From contig CAXUHI010000012.1 in assembly GCA_964251045.1 (NCBI GenBank), positions 39,456-103,455 of the forward strand: DNA of 64,000 nucleotides. Direction: 5' to 3'. This document shows, piece after piece, positions 19,672 to 28,837 of this stretch (position 1 is the stretch's first letter; each line of letters opens with the position of its first letter). The translations under genes were made by a program, and so were the position numbers. The stretch comes from an uncultured Terriglobus sp. (GTDB lineage: Bacteria > Acidobacteriota > Terriglobia > Terriglobales > Acidobacteriaceae). The notes under the pieces were generated by a model. That model ran no database searches and had not been told where the DNA came from. It was given only the letters and a program-made list of their open reading frames with translations.

Positions 19672-19880
19672 TTCTTTGCGGGACCCTCAACAGCGGATTT
19701 GCAGCGTCCGTACAGTTCCAGCAGCTGTGTGACCTGGTCGTCTGCCTTGGAGGCAGACGCAGCGGCAAAGCCGGGCGTGCCGCCACCGCTGCTCTTGACG
19801 ACGTTGGTGGTGGACGCGATGAACTTCAGCAGGTCAAGCGCGATATCCTCGGTGCGGCGCGCTGTGGGTAGGGTGTCCAT
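19668..19880 (-). CDS. Small hypothetical protein, first gene of the minus-strand operon.
   Basis: 70-aa ORF with a 4-nt stop/start overlap with the oxidoreductase gene. No recognisable motif. Confidence 0.45.
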   Translation of the reverse strand: MDTLPTARRTEDIALDLLKFIASTTNVVKSSGGGTPGFAAASASKADDQVTQLLELYGRCKSAVEGPAKK

Positions 19881-20401
19881 GGAAACCTCAGGTTTATCGT
19901 AAATGAGCCGGCGGCTGCGTTCCTGTCCTGTTGGGGTAAGTAGATCATTACAAAATACTTACCTTAAATCGCGAAGGCCACGGCATATCGGTGATGGCAT
20001 GCGGTAGACTGTTTCAGGTTGAGTCAGCCGGGCTCGTGCAGAGCAGTTTCATCCGGGACGGAGCTCAACGTTGCATCACGTTCCTCCCACCCGGGAGGAG
20101 GGTTGCGGAGAGGTTAAGCCGCGACAGGCAAGCGCCACGAGAGCGCACAAATCTCAGCTAAAGGAAGACAACGGGACTGCGGAACCACCAGCTGACAGTG
20201 GAGTCATGTGCGCGCCTTGGCGATCATGTTCCATCCACGCCGCTGGACATTGCTATGACTTCCGCTATGTCCGCTGTCGATGAGGCATATTGCTTGAGCT
20301 TGAAGGCGACAGAACACAGTTCTGAACATGTATCCACCCATTCGGGTTACCAGCGGTTTGTACCAAGCCGCCTGGCACAGACTTCGCTTCACCTCCGTGG
20401 C

Positions 20402-20893
20402 ATGCTGCGGCTTTCGCGACGGCGCGCAGGAGTCCTGGGCCTTGCACTCGCAGCTTGCGGAGCCACAACCTGCCTTACGGCAAAGCATGTGGCAACACGC
20501 ATTGAGACGGCAGCGACAGCCATGCCGCTGGCTCCAGTACCACCGCCACTGCCCCCTTCCAGTCACCCTGCGCATCCCAAACACCGCCTCTTCGGCAATC
20601 CCTTGCACGGACTTGCGTCGTGGTACGGTTCCATGTGGAACGGCCGGCCCACGGCGTCAGGCGAAACCTTCGACGAGTCGCAGATGACGGCAGCGCACAA
20701 GTCCCTGCCTCTGGGAACGCTGGTCCGGGTGACGAATCTCACCTCCATGCGATCTGTCATTGTGCGCATCAACGACCGTGGAGCATTCGCGCCCAATCGC
20801 GTGATCGATCTTTCGTCTGCCGCCGCGCGCGAACTCGGCATGATGAAGGCTGGCCTTACACGCGTCAGCGTCGAAATCGTCGGAAGGCTTTAG
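20402..20893 (+). CDS. rlpA: Septal ring lytic transglycosylase RlpA-family lipoprotein (DPBB domain).
   Basis: ATG 20402 gives MLRLSRRRAGVLGLALAACG (lipobox). DPBB block: GLASWYG...GRPTASGETFD...TAAHKSLPLGTLVRVTNL...VIVRINDRG. Confidence 0.85.
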   Translation: MLRLSRRRAGVLGLALAACGATTCLTAKHVATRIETAATAMPLAPVPPPLPPSSHPAHPKHRLFGNPLHGLASWYGSMWNGRPTASGETFDESQMTAAHKSLPLGTLVRVTNLTSMRSVIVRINDRGAFAPNRVIDLSSAAARELGMMKAGLTRVSVEIVGRL

Positions 20894-20897
20894 CGGA

Positions 20898-22124
20898 TTA
20901 CCCCACCAGCGCCCGCGCCTGGGAGGGAATGCGACTCAGTTCCTCCAGGCTAAGAGTGGTGTGGGCCATGGCCACCTGTGGCGGCAGGGCCCGCAACCAC
21001 TGGTTCAGTGAGAACTCCTCGAATTCACCCGTGGAGAACATCTCCAGGAAGATGAGATCATCCGTTCCGGTGTTCTCGATGTAGTGGCCCGCCATGGCGG
21101 GGACGAAGCCGACGTCATTGGCGTGGAAGTCCATGGTGCGTGCGTCCTCACGCGCGTTGAACACCGTCATACGGCCCTGCCCCTGAATCCAGAACTGCCA
21201 TTCGCTCACGGTAGGATGCCAATGAAGCTCGCGCATGCCGCCGGGCTTCACGGTGACAATCCCTGCGCAAATTTTGGCTGACGCCGGAAAGTTGCGCACA
21301 TCCACGATCTTGACGTTGCCATGATCGTTGCTGTGCGTAGGTGTCATGGTGCTGGCCTTGAAGGTGTAGGCCTTCTTCGGCGTTCCAGTCTTGCGTGCCG
21401 CCTCTGCCTGCTGTTCCGGCAGCGCCTGTGAGGGTTCACTGCCGGGAAAGATGTAGAGCGGTTCGCCCTTGGGCAGCTTGTCGACGGAACTGGCGCTCAG
21501 GCCGAAGTTCTTCTGCAGGATGTCAGGCGGTGTGTGTTTCAGCCAGTCGGAGAGCAGGAAGGTACTCTCTTCCGAGAACGACCCCTGGTTGAACACGAGC
21601 AGAAACTCGCACCCGTCCTCGCCAACGCCCTGGATCGAGTGCGGGTAGCCTGCGGGAAAGATCCACAGATCGCCTTTGCCGACTTCATCGACAAACATGG
21701 ATCCATCCGGTGCCAGAAGGGTCACACGGGCGCGGCCGGAGAGCATGATGGCCCACTCGTCCGCCAGATGCCAGTGGAGTTCGCGGTAACTTCCTTTCGT
21801 CAGGCGCATGTTGACGCCTGCGATCTCTTTGGAAGAGGGCAGTTCCTTGTCGGTAACCTGGTGTGTCCAGCCGCCCTCCTGTACGCGACGGTACGTCAGG
21901 TCAAACGAGTACCAAACCGGCGGCACAGAGCCATGGTCGGTGGCAGGCGGCATGTTGCTGGCGGGATTCTGCGCGACGATGGCACCATTCTGCTGCGCCG
22001 GGTTGCTGGCGGAGCCGTCGTGTTCGGCTTTGCGGGTGTCCTGCGCCGTCTGCCCTAGTGCGTCCGCGGTCAGCGCGGCCGCCAGTGCGGTTGTTGTCCC
22101 AATGAATTCGCGTCGTGTACTCAT
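20898..22124 (-). CDS. Bicupin oxalate decarboxylase-family protein with a Tat-type signal.
   Basis: MSTRREFIGTTTALAAA twin-arginine leader. Two cupin cores: ELHWHxxxEW...FPxGxPHSIQ and ELHWHPTVSEWQFWIQG...GHYIEN. Confidence 0.85.
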   Translation of the reverse strand: MSTRREFIGTTTALAAALTADALGQTAQDTRKAEHDGSASNPAQQNGAIVAQNPASNMPPATDHGSVPPVWYSFDLTYRRVQEGGWTHQVTDKELPSSKEIAGVNMRLTKGSYRELHWHLADEWAIMLSGRARVTLLAPDGSMFVDEVGKGDLWIFPAGYPHSIQGVGEDGCEFLLVFNQGSFSEESTFLLSDWLKHTPPDILQKNFGLSASSVDKLPKGEPLYIFPGSEPSQALPEQQAEAARKTGTPKKAYTFKASTMTPTHSNDHGNVKIVDVRNFPASAKICAGIVTVKPGGMRELHWHPTVSEWQFWIQGQGRMTVFNAREDARTMDFHANDVGFVPAMAGHYIENTGTDDLIFLEMFSTGEFEEFSLNQWLRALPPQVAMAHTTLSLEELSRIPSQARALVG

Positions 22125-22189
22125 GTATCTTTACTGTCCTGTTGCTTGCGCCGCCGGTGCGCGCCTTGTGGGACGCTTATGCTGGTGAG

Positions 22190-22681
22190 ATGCAGGAACA
22201 GCGGCGCATTCTGGGCCTTGACGTGGGAGAGCGGCGGATTGGCGTGGCGATCTCCGATGCAATGGGCATCGCGCGCCCGCTGATGACTGCGGGGCGCACG
22301 TATCCCCGAAAGGACGCCAAAGACATGGCGCGCCTTGCGCGGAAACATGGTGCGGTTGCCGTTGTGGTGGGCAATCCATTGCACATGTCGGGAGAGGTAA
22401 GTGCCCAGGCACGGCGTGTGCAGGAGTTTGCGGAGACGGTGGGCCAGCACTGCGGTGTGCCGGTGCACCTGTGGGATGAAAGGCTCTCCTCGCATGCGGC
22501 AGAGGAGTTGCTGGATGCGCAAGGGTTTCCACGAGGGCCGGAGCGGAAGCGTGTACTGGACCAGGCAGCCGCAGTCGTCATCTTGCAGGGGTGGCTGGAT
22601 GCGCAAGGCCAGCAACATATGCCCGGAGCAGAGACACAGCAACCTGACGTGGGTATGCAGCAGAGCCGAACCATAGGATAA
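22190..22681 (+). CDS. ruvX: Putative pre-16S rRNA nuclease / Holliday junction resolvase-like RuvX (YqgF).
   Basis: ILGLDVGERRIGVAISD N-terminus, VVVGNPLHMSG and WDERLSS blocks. Confidence 0.9.
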   Translation: MQEQRRILGLDVGERRIGVAISDAMGIARPLMTAGRTYPRKDAKDMARLARKHGAVAVVVGNPLHMSGEVSAQARRVQEFAETVGQHCGVPVHLWDERLSSHAAEELLDAQGFPRGPERKRVLDQAAAVVILQGWLDAQGQQHMPGAETQQPDVGMQQSRTIG

Positions 22682-22807
22682 TGAAGGTCGGTCATTTCCG
22701 ACGTTCGAGACGGGACCGCCGCGCTGCTGTTTTCAGCTGAAACATTCTCCCGGGAGGTGTCCGGCTCGTCCACTTCACCCCCAAAATCTGACCGACCAGG
22801 ACACTCG

Positions 22808-23275
22808 ATGCTGGATATCACGAAGAAGTTAGAAGAAGAGATCAAGACGCTGGAATATGAGCTGACGACGGAGCTGCCAGCGGAGATCAAGAAGGCGGTC
22901 GCACTGGGCGACCTGAGCGAAAACGCCGAATACCACATGGCCAAGCAGCGCCAGGAGTTTGTGAACGCGCGCCTGGGACAGCTGAAGAAGCGCATGGCCG
23001 AGCTGTCACTTGTGAATCTGGCGAACATCCCGGCGGACAAGGTTGGCTTTGGATCGACCGTCGTGGTTTTTGATACCACCAAGGAAGAAGAAATCACCTA
23101 CAAGCTGGTGACGAGCGAAGAAAGTGACGTCACCAAAGGTTTGATCAGTACGACGTCACCGATCGGCAAGGCGCTCGTTGGCAAGCGGGTGGGAGACGAA
23201 GCGACCGTGGTGACTCCGAACGGCAAGCGCGCGCTGGAAATCCTTAAGCTCACAACGATTCATGCTGCGGCTTAG
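22808..23275 (+). CDS. greA: Transcription elongation factor GreA.
   Basis: ATG 22808. The GDLSENAEYHMAKQRQ coiled-coil tip motif and C-terminal ISTTSPIGKALVGKRVGD. Confidence 0.95.
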   Translation: MLDITKKLEEEIKTLEYELTTELPAEIKKAVALGDLSENAEYHMAKQRQEFVNARLGQLKKRMAELSLVNLANIPADKVGFGSTVVVFDTTKEEEITYKLVTSEESDVTKGLISTTSPIGKALVGKRVGDEATVVTPNGKRALEILKLTTIHAAA

Positions 23276-23422
23276 AGGTCCGGTGTAAGGCTAACAACCC
23301 TTCTGGCGTCCTTGAGGAGCTCTCAAAGCAAAGCGCGATAGATGCAACGGTTCGTTACCCGCGCAAAAGGGCAGTCCTGGTGGGTCTGCCCTTCGTACGG
23401 TGTGCTACGCGCGAGATTCGTC

Positions 23423-23968
23423 TTACTGGACGTCTCCCGCTTCCATGTGGCTTTCCAGAAAGTAGAGTTCCTCTTCAGCATCGACAATCAGCTGATTGTA
23501 AAAGTCGCTCGACGGTCCGTCACCGATCTCGTCGACTTTGTCTGAGGCTTCGCGGAGCAGGGCGCAGTACTTGCCAAGGGAATCCGCAAGGGCCTTCAGG
23601 TGCGTCGGTCCATCAATGGCGTCCACGTTGTAGGCAGGTATCTCCGACGTCGCGGCAGACTGGCGCACGGTGCCGTTGGCCACACCGCCAAGCTGCGTGA
23701 TGCGCTCCGCAATCGGATCAATCTGTTTGAAGATCGTCTTGGCCGTGTCGTCGAAGACCAGGTGCAGCTGGTAGAAGTTCAGTCCCTTCACATTCCAATG
23801 CGCGAACTTGGCCTGGGTGTGCATATCCAGCGCGGCCGCGAGAGTCTTGTTCATCTCCACAACGACTTTCTGCTTGACGTCATCTTCCAGCGCGACGCGG
23901 TTCTTGTACATGCGCGTGGGTAGTTTCGCGCCATTCACTTCTTGGGTCTTTCCTTGTACTTGTGCCAT
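23423..23968 (-). CDS. dps: DNA starvation/stationary-phase protection protein Dps.
   Basis: AKFAHWNVKGLNFYQLHLVFD ferroxidase-site block and C-terminal DAEEELYFLESH. Confidence 0.9.
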   Translation of the reverse strand: MAQVQGKTQEVNGAKLPTRMYKNRVALEDDVKQKVVVEMNKTLAAALDMHTQAKFAHWNVKGLNFYQLHLVFDDTAKTIFKQIDPIAERITQLGGVANGTVRQSAATSEIPAYNVDAIDGPTHLKALADSLGKYCALLREASDKVDEIGDGPSSDFYNQLIVDAEEELYFLESHMEAGDVQ

Positions 23969-24085
23969 TCTTCTGTTTGCCTTTCACACCGTATGATGCG
24001 CAAACGTGCTGACCGTGACTGCGTCCGGTACGCACAGCTTGGCATGACGTGTACAGTCACGCCGCAGCCGTGCGTACCAGAACAA

Positions 24086-24436
24086 CTACTGCGGTGATGT
24101 GCGCGGCGTTCCGCCAGTCGCTGGTGCGGGTGCGTTCGTGGGCGGCGTTGTGGGCGCGGGCGGCGGGCCCTGCGTCGTGGGTACCGGTGGCTCCGGACTG
24201 CCACTCGGGTTGATCGGATCAGATGCGCCGCCAGATGCGCCGCCGGATGCGCCGCCGGTTGCGCCGGCGCCACTGGACGGCGATGCCGCACCCGGTGTCT
24301 TGGCGTGCTTTTTGGCCTTTGCTTTGGTGACGGGCGAGGTGGCAGGCGTCTGCTGAGCATGGACAGAGAGCATTACCACCGGCATCAAAAGCGCGGCAGC
24401 AAGACTTGTCCTCCGGAGTACTGTGAAGCGGTCCAT
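24086..24436 (-). CDS. Small secreted Pro/Gly/Ser/Thr-rich protein.
   Basis: Internal ATG 24436 gives signal peptide MDRFTVLRRTSLAAALLMPVVMLSVHA. The low-complexity tail includes (GGAS)x3, encoded by a 12-nt tandem repeat around 24220-24260. Confidence 0.55.
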   Translation of the reverse strand: MDRFTVLRRTSLAAALLMPVVMLSVHAQQTPATSPVTKAKAKKHAKTPGAASPSSGAGATGGASGGASGGASDPINPSGSPEPPVPTTQGPPPAPTTPPTNAPAPATGGTPRTSPQ

Positions 24437-24729
24437 CGTTGACTCTCCTGTGAACTGTTGCGCACATGGCAATGTCACATTGCGAGTGGCATGGCAGCTT
24501 AGAGCAGAACAACGATGCCATGGATGTCTCATCCCGCTCAGGCATGAAACGTGGCCTCGCCGCCTCTTGCATGGACTTGGCGTAGCATCGGCTGTCCTGT
24601 ACTGTGGCGAACGACGACAAGAACATCAACACTGCCTCCAGTGCACGGAGGAAGAAATGGGTCTTTGCTGAGTACGAAGCTGATGTTCTAGATGCAATGA
24701 GCTCAACGATCGGGCCATTCTAAGGATCG

Positions 24730-25341
24730 CTACGGTAGCTTACCCGCGAGCCCCGCAGGCAGCGGGTTGTCCGCCCGCTCCGTGTCCCAATACACCTGCA
24801 GCACGTAGTACCGCGTTCCATCGAACAACAGCTCAAAGCTGTTCACGCCCTGCACATACGGGTCGTCCGTGCGGGTGTGGTGCAGACCGTATGACTCGTA
24901 CACGTGCGTCATCCGGCCAAAACTCTCGACCTGGTACAGAATCGGGATCTCGTAAAAGCTCTGCCCTGCGTTCGACGACGCCCGTGTAATGTAGTCCTCC
25001 ATCGACAGCACCGTCACATCCGCCGGCCCGCTCTTCGGCACGCGCGTGACCACCAGCCGTCCTGCGCCCGGCACAAACAGGCTCCGAAAGCGGTCCCATT
25101 TGCGCGCCGCACCTGCCTCGCCGGAGATGCTGCTACTGAGCGCCGCGATGATCGCCTGTGGACTCTTCACATCCTCCGCTGCCGCCTTTGGCCACTCGGG
25201 GTGCGCTGCAATTGCCCCAGGCACTGCCTTTACGGTCGCGCTCGCCTGCGGCGGTGCCGTGGAAGTCTGCCCATGGGTACACGAACAAAATGCAAAGCCG
25301 GTCACCAGGAGAACGCACAGTTCCTTACGCATGAGAACCAC
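24730..25341 (-). CDS. Hypothetical secreted or lipoprotein.
   Basis: Signal/lipobox-like LLVTGFAFCSC and protein-like composition. No family assigned. Confidence 0.6.
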   Translation of the reverse strand: MVLMRKELCVLLVTGFAFCSCTHGQTSTAPPQASATVKAVPGAIAAHPEWPKAAAEDVKSPQAIIAALSSSISGEAGAARKWDRFRSLFVPGAGRLVVTRVPKSGPADVTVLSMEDYITRASSNAGQSFYEIPILYQVESFGRMTHVYESYGLHHTRTDDPYVQGVNSFELLFDGTRYYVLQVYWDTERADNPLPAGLAGKLP

Positions 25342-26051
25342 CTTACGCGCCCGCTTCCACTTTGGTGAAGCACATGCTGAGTGTCAGGGAGAAGTGATTC
25401 AGTCGTCATTGCGCCGGCAACGTCCCACTTTCTCCCCAGCCATCCTCCGCTTCGTGGAAGCCGTGGATAAGCCGGGATTTACCTGTCTCCCCGTGCGTGC
25501 GTGTGGATGCAAAGGCTGATCCATCACCAGTGTTCATGCGGTTTTGCCTGATCTTTCCACTTCTTCACGCCTGCTGGGCGTGCTCCCGCAGGAGGATCGC
25601 TGTGCATTTCGCTCACATCGCCGTGGCTCCGGACAGACTCTCCACCATTCGTCCACGATGTGCCACCCTCCGGCACCCTCTTTTCTAAATCGTGCACTGC
25701 CAATAAGTGCAGCCGCATGTGCCAGTTGTGCCAGACTTCCACATTTCCGAACAGAACGGCTTCTACGGCTGTGAACTAACAGAAGAAGACATCTGAGAAA
25801 AAAAAGTACATCTCTCGCGTTGATTGGGCCCCTCTCGCTTCGTTGCATCAGCCTCGTTTCCCACAAACAAAGCTCTTCCTGCACACGGCGGCACGCGCTA
25901 TCCTGAGCCTCACAAAGAGCCGCCGGGAACACTGCCCACCGCGTCGCATCGCAAGTGCTTTCGCAGTGAACAGGGCCGGTGATAGGCTGAGGTACGCTCC
26001 GCTGTAGTCCGCGCAGCCTGCCCTTGACTGCTCACTTTGGAGGACCTGTCC

Positions 26052-27239
26052 ATGCCGACCGCCGCAGAACCCATCGCGCTTGAAACCACCCCAACGGCGC
26101 CGCCCACCGGCAACCTGGACATCACCGTCTCCCGCGCCGAGCTGCTGCGCGAACTCACCGCCGCGCAATCCGTCGTCGAGCGCAAGACCACCATCCCCAT
26201 CCTCTCCAACTTCCTCTTTGAGGCGCAGAACGACCGGCTCACCGTCACCGCCACCGACCTGGATCAAAGTCTGCGCACCAGCTGCCCCGCCAAGGTGAAG
26301 AAGCCTGGAGCCTGCACTGTTCCCGCCCGCAAGCTCTTCGATTACATCCGGCTGCTCCCCGAGGGCGACATCTCCATCAAGCTGCTGGACAACCACTGGG
26401 TGCAGATTCGCGCCGGCCGCTCCAACACCAAGATGGTGGGCATGGCGCGTGCCAACTTCCCGCAGGTGCCGGATTTCCCTAACGCGGGCGTGGTGAAAAT
26501 CGATGCAGCCGCCCTTCGCGGCATGGTCAGCAAAACCATCTTCGCCATCTCCAGCGAGGAGAGCCGCTACACGCTCAACGGCGCGCTGCTCGTCCTCAAA
26601 ACCGAGAGCATGGCCATGGTCGCCACCGACGGCCATCGCCTTGCCCACATCGAGCGCATTGGCGAGCTGCCCGAGCCCCTCAATGGCGAAAAGAAGACCC
26701 TCATCCCGCGCAAGGCTCTTGGCGAACTGCAAAGCCTGCTCGCCAATGCCGGTGAAAACGAGCATGTCGAGTTCGCCGACGACGAGACCACGCTCTTCTT
26801 CCGCATCGGCGGACGCGTCCTGACCAGCCGCAAGCTGACCGGCCAATTTCCCAATTACGAGGCGGTTTTACCGCGCGACAACAACAAATTCGTGATTGTG
26901 CGCAGCGAAGATTTGATGGGAGCATTGCAGCGCGTGTCGCAGTTTGCGGACGAGCGTTCCGGCGCCATCAAGATCCGGCTGGAGCAGAATGAATTGCGCG
27001 TCTCGTCGCAGTCAACGGAGTCGGGCGAGTCGGAAGACATTATCGAGACACCGTACAACTACGATCCCCTGGTGGTGGGTTTCAATTCGGCGTATCTTAT
27101 TGATTTCCTTAAAGCAATCGGCACGGCAGGCGAGGTTCGCCTGGAGTTCAAGGACGCCCAGTCGGCGGGTCAGATGCGCCCCGAAGATGGCAACGAAGAC
27201 CAGAAATACCGCTATATCCTGATGCCGATGCGCATCTGA
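26052..27239 (+). CDS. dnaN: DNA polymerase III beta sliding clamp.
   Basis: ATG 26052 is 8 nt after GGAGGA. Blocks: ELLRELTAAQSVVERKTTIPILSNFLFEA, RLTVTATDLD and C-terminal YRYILMPMRI. Confidence 0.95.
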   Translation: MPTAAEPIALETTPTAPPTGNLDITVSRAELLRELTAAQSVVERKTTIPILSNFLFEAQNDRLTVTATDLDQSLRTSCPAKVKKPGACTVPARKLFDYIRLLPEGDISIKLLDNHWVQIRAGRSNTKMVGMARANFPQVPDFPNAGVVKIDAAALRGMVSKTIFAISSEESRYTLNGALLVLKTESMAMVATDGHRLAHIERIGELPEPLNGEKKTLIPRKALGELQSLLANAGENEHVEFADDETTLFFRIGGRVLTSRKLTGQFPNYEAVLPRDNNKFVIVRSEDLMGALQRVSQFADERSGAIKIRLEQNELRVSSQSTESGESEDIIETPYNYDPLVVGFNSAYLIDFLKAIGTAGEVRLEFKDAQSAGQMRPEDGNEDQKYRYILMPMRI

Positions 27240-27270
27240 CACGCTTCTCACAGCCTCTCGACGTTCAACA

Positions 27271-27296
27271 AAGCCCGGCCCCGCGCCGGGCTTTTC
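27271..27296 (+). terminator. Rho-independent terminator of dnaN.
   Basis: AGCCCGGC / GCCGGGCT stem, 5-nt loop, then TTTT. It sits 32 nt after the dnaN stop. Confidence 0.65.
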
Positions 27297-27785
27297 CATG
27301 CACTTTTGCACGCGTTTCGAGCATGTTTTACGTTAGGGCTAACATAAACCGCCACGCAAAGGCCCCGTGAACGCCGGGGCACTCCCGCCCGCTACGAGCC
27401 GGGTTTTCTTCTCCGCCTCCGCCGCCGCCCCGCTTGGTGTGGGGTGCGGGCTACCATCGCCGGACGGTGCGCGTTACGTGTGGGTGCCGGGTGAGTCTGT
27501 AGCACTGCCCCGTCCGCATGCCTACCGGGTGCCGGGCCGCTGGGCATCCAGCCCACGCGGGTGTTACTGGCGCGAAGGCACTGGCGATCGCCGAAGACCT
27601 CCCTGCGCAGGGCGGTTGTTCAACGCAACCGCTCCTTCGCGTCCGGTCCTGGCCTCAGAGTGACAGACGAACGCTTCAGGGAAAACCGCTACGCGCCTGC
27701 CCGTGCAGAGGGAACCGTTCGCCTCGCCGGTCCTGGCCCGGTGGCGTTTACCGCAAGAGCGAAACCGGGTATGCTCTATACACGT

Positions 27786-27861
27786 GGGCCTGTGGCGCAG
27801 CTGGGAGCGCGCTTCCATGGCATGGAAGAGGTCATCGGTTCGATCCCGATCAGGTCCACCA
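27786..27861 (+). tRNA. tRNA-Ala (anticodon GGC) with encoded CCA.
   Basis: Folded by hand into a 76-nt cloverleaf. Acceptor GGGCCTG/CAGGTCC with the G3:U70 Ala identity pair, D-stem GCGC/GCGC, anticodon stem CTTCC/GGAAG with loop ATGGCAT, and T-arm ATCGG-TTCGATC-CCGAT. Confidence 0.95.
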
Positions 27862-27909
27862 AATATTTCAACAACTTAGAGGAACCCCTCCGAGAGCTTG
27901 GCAGCCAAA

Positions 27910-28290
27910 TTAGCAGCAAATCTCAATTTGCCATCTGCCGACGCTCTGCCAGTCCCGATTCGGAAACATAAAGGCTCCGGCTCGGACGGCGGCAGGCCAT
28001 ATTGTCTTCTTCGTCCCGTCGTACTGCTGCTGACTGACTCGTCGCCAGGCGATGAGGTTCTCTGACAGTTCCTTCGCAATCGGCACTTCGGTCAGACTTC
28101 CTTTCGTCTTTCCGAAGGGCCTGATCTTCCCCTTGTAGATTGTCTCCACCATGGTGAGCGAGACCGCTGCGACCCGATGGCACCTCCACCGAAAGGCGAA
28201 CAGTTCGCTCGGACGGAGCGCGTTCGTCATATCCAGCTTCAGCAAATCCGGTCGCGAAGACCGAGCCTCGCCAAGGCTGCAGCAAGCTGC
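27910..28290 (-). pseudogene. Truncated tyrosine recombinase (phage-type integrase) remnant adjacent to tRNA-Ala.
   Basis: LKLDMTNALRPSELFAFRW (catalytic Arg-I box), then ETIYKGKIRPFGKTKGSLTEVPIAKEL...FMFPNR. The ORF stops 48 nt from the tRNA, before the HxxR and Tyr boxes. The N-terminal arm and SAM-like domains are missing. Confidence 0.65.
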
Positions 28291-28315
28291 TCTCAGGTAA
28301 GCACCGTCTTATTAC

Positions 28316-28837
28316 TTAGGACGCGAATCGCCGGCGTGCAACTCCGAGCATACCCAGAAGTCCTGTGCCGAGCAACGCCAGGCTGGAGGGTTCCGGTGTA
28401 ACCGCCGCCTGTGGCGTGATGTAGCCGAACGCGAGGTAGGTCGAAAACGTACCCGGGGCCGTTGCAAAAGCGCTCGCCAGACCATTACAGAGGTTCGCTT
28501 CGGAGCAAAGGAGTCCCCCGGAGTAGCCGACAAGGCTCGTCGTTCCGTTCAGACCGAGAATAAGTACAGGGTATGTGGCACTGGCCTGGCTTTGGAAGTA
28601 GATAAAGGCGTTGGAAGTATTGTCGTACCCGGCGTAATCCACCATGGTGTAGGACTGCCCAAGATAAGAGGCGTTCGCGCTCTGGAGTGTTCCAGAGGTG
28701 GTGTCCACCGTCACGGTACCGGTCACTGTCGACAGATCGTCGAAAAGACCCGACACGTCGAACGTTTTCACGACATCAGCGCGGGCTGCGAGTGGCGCTG
28801 CGAGAAGGGAGGCGGCAAGGAGAAGGGATAAGCGCAA
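28316..28837 (-). CDS. PEP-CTERM sorting-domain protein (exosortase cargo).
   Basis: TTG start after AGGAG and signal peptide MRLSLLLAASLLAAPLAARA. C-terminus VTPEPSSLALLGTGLLGMLGVARRRFAS, which is PEP, then a TM helix, then an Arg cluster. Confidence 0.85.
   Translation of the reverse strand: MRLSLLLAASLLAAPLAARADVVKTFDVSGLFDDLSTVTGTVTVDTTSGTLQSANASYLGQSYTMVDYAGYDNTSNAFIYFQSQASATYPVLILGLNGTTSLVGYSGGLLCSEANLCNGLASAFATAPGTFSTYLAFGYITPQAAVTPEPSSLALLGTGLLGMLGVARRRFAS

Noticed and set aside
25848-26846. 332-aa minus-strand ORF.
   Set aside because: It is antisense to dnaN and Gly/Ala/Arg-rich with no motifs.
27300-27785. Possible RNase P RNA or SRP RNA on the minus strand. Short matches such as GGUAAACGCCACCGGG, CCCGGUAGGC, ACAGA..CCCGGC and AGGACCGGA..GAAGGAGC.
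   Set aside because: The universally conserved GAGGAAAGUCCGGGC box is absent. A P4 pairing cannot be built. The order and spacing of the boxes are wrong, and the SRP GGAA tetraloop context is missing. I kept the region only as an unclassified structured-RNA candidate.
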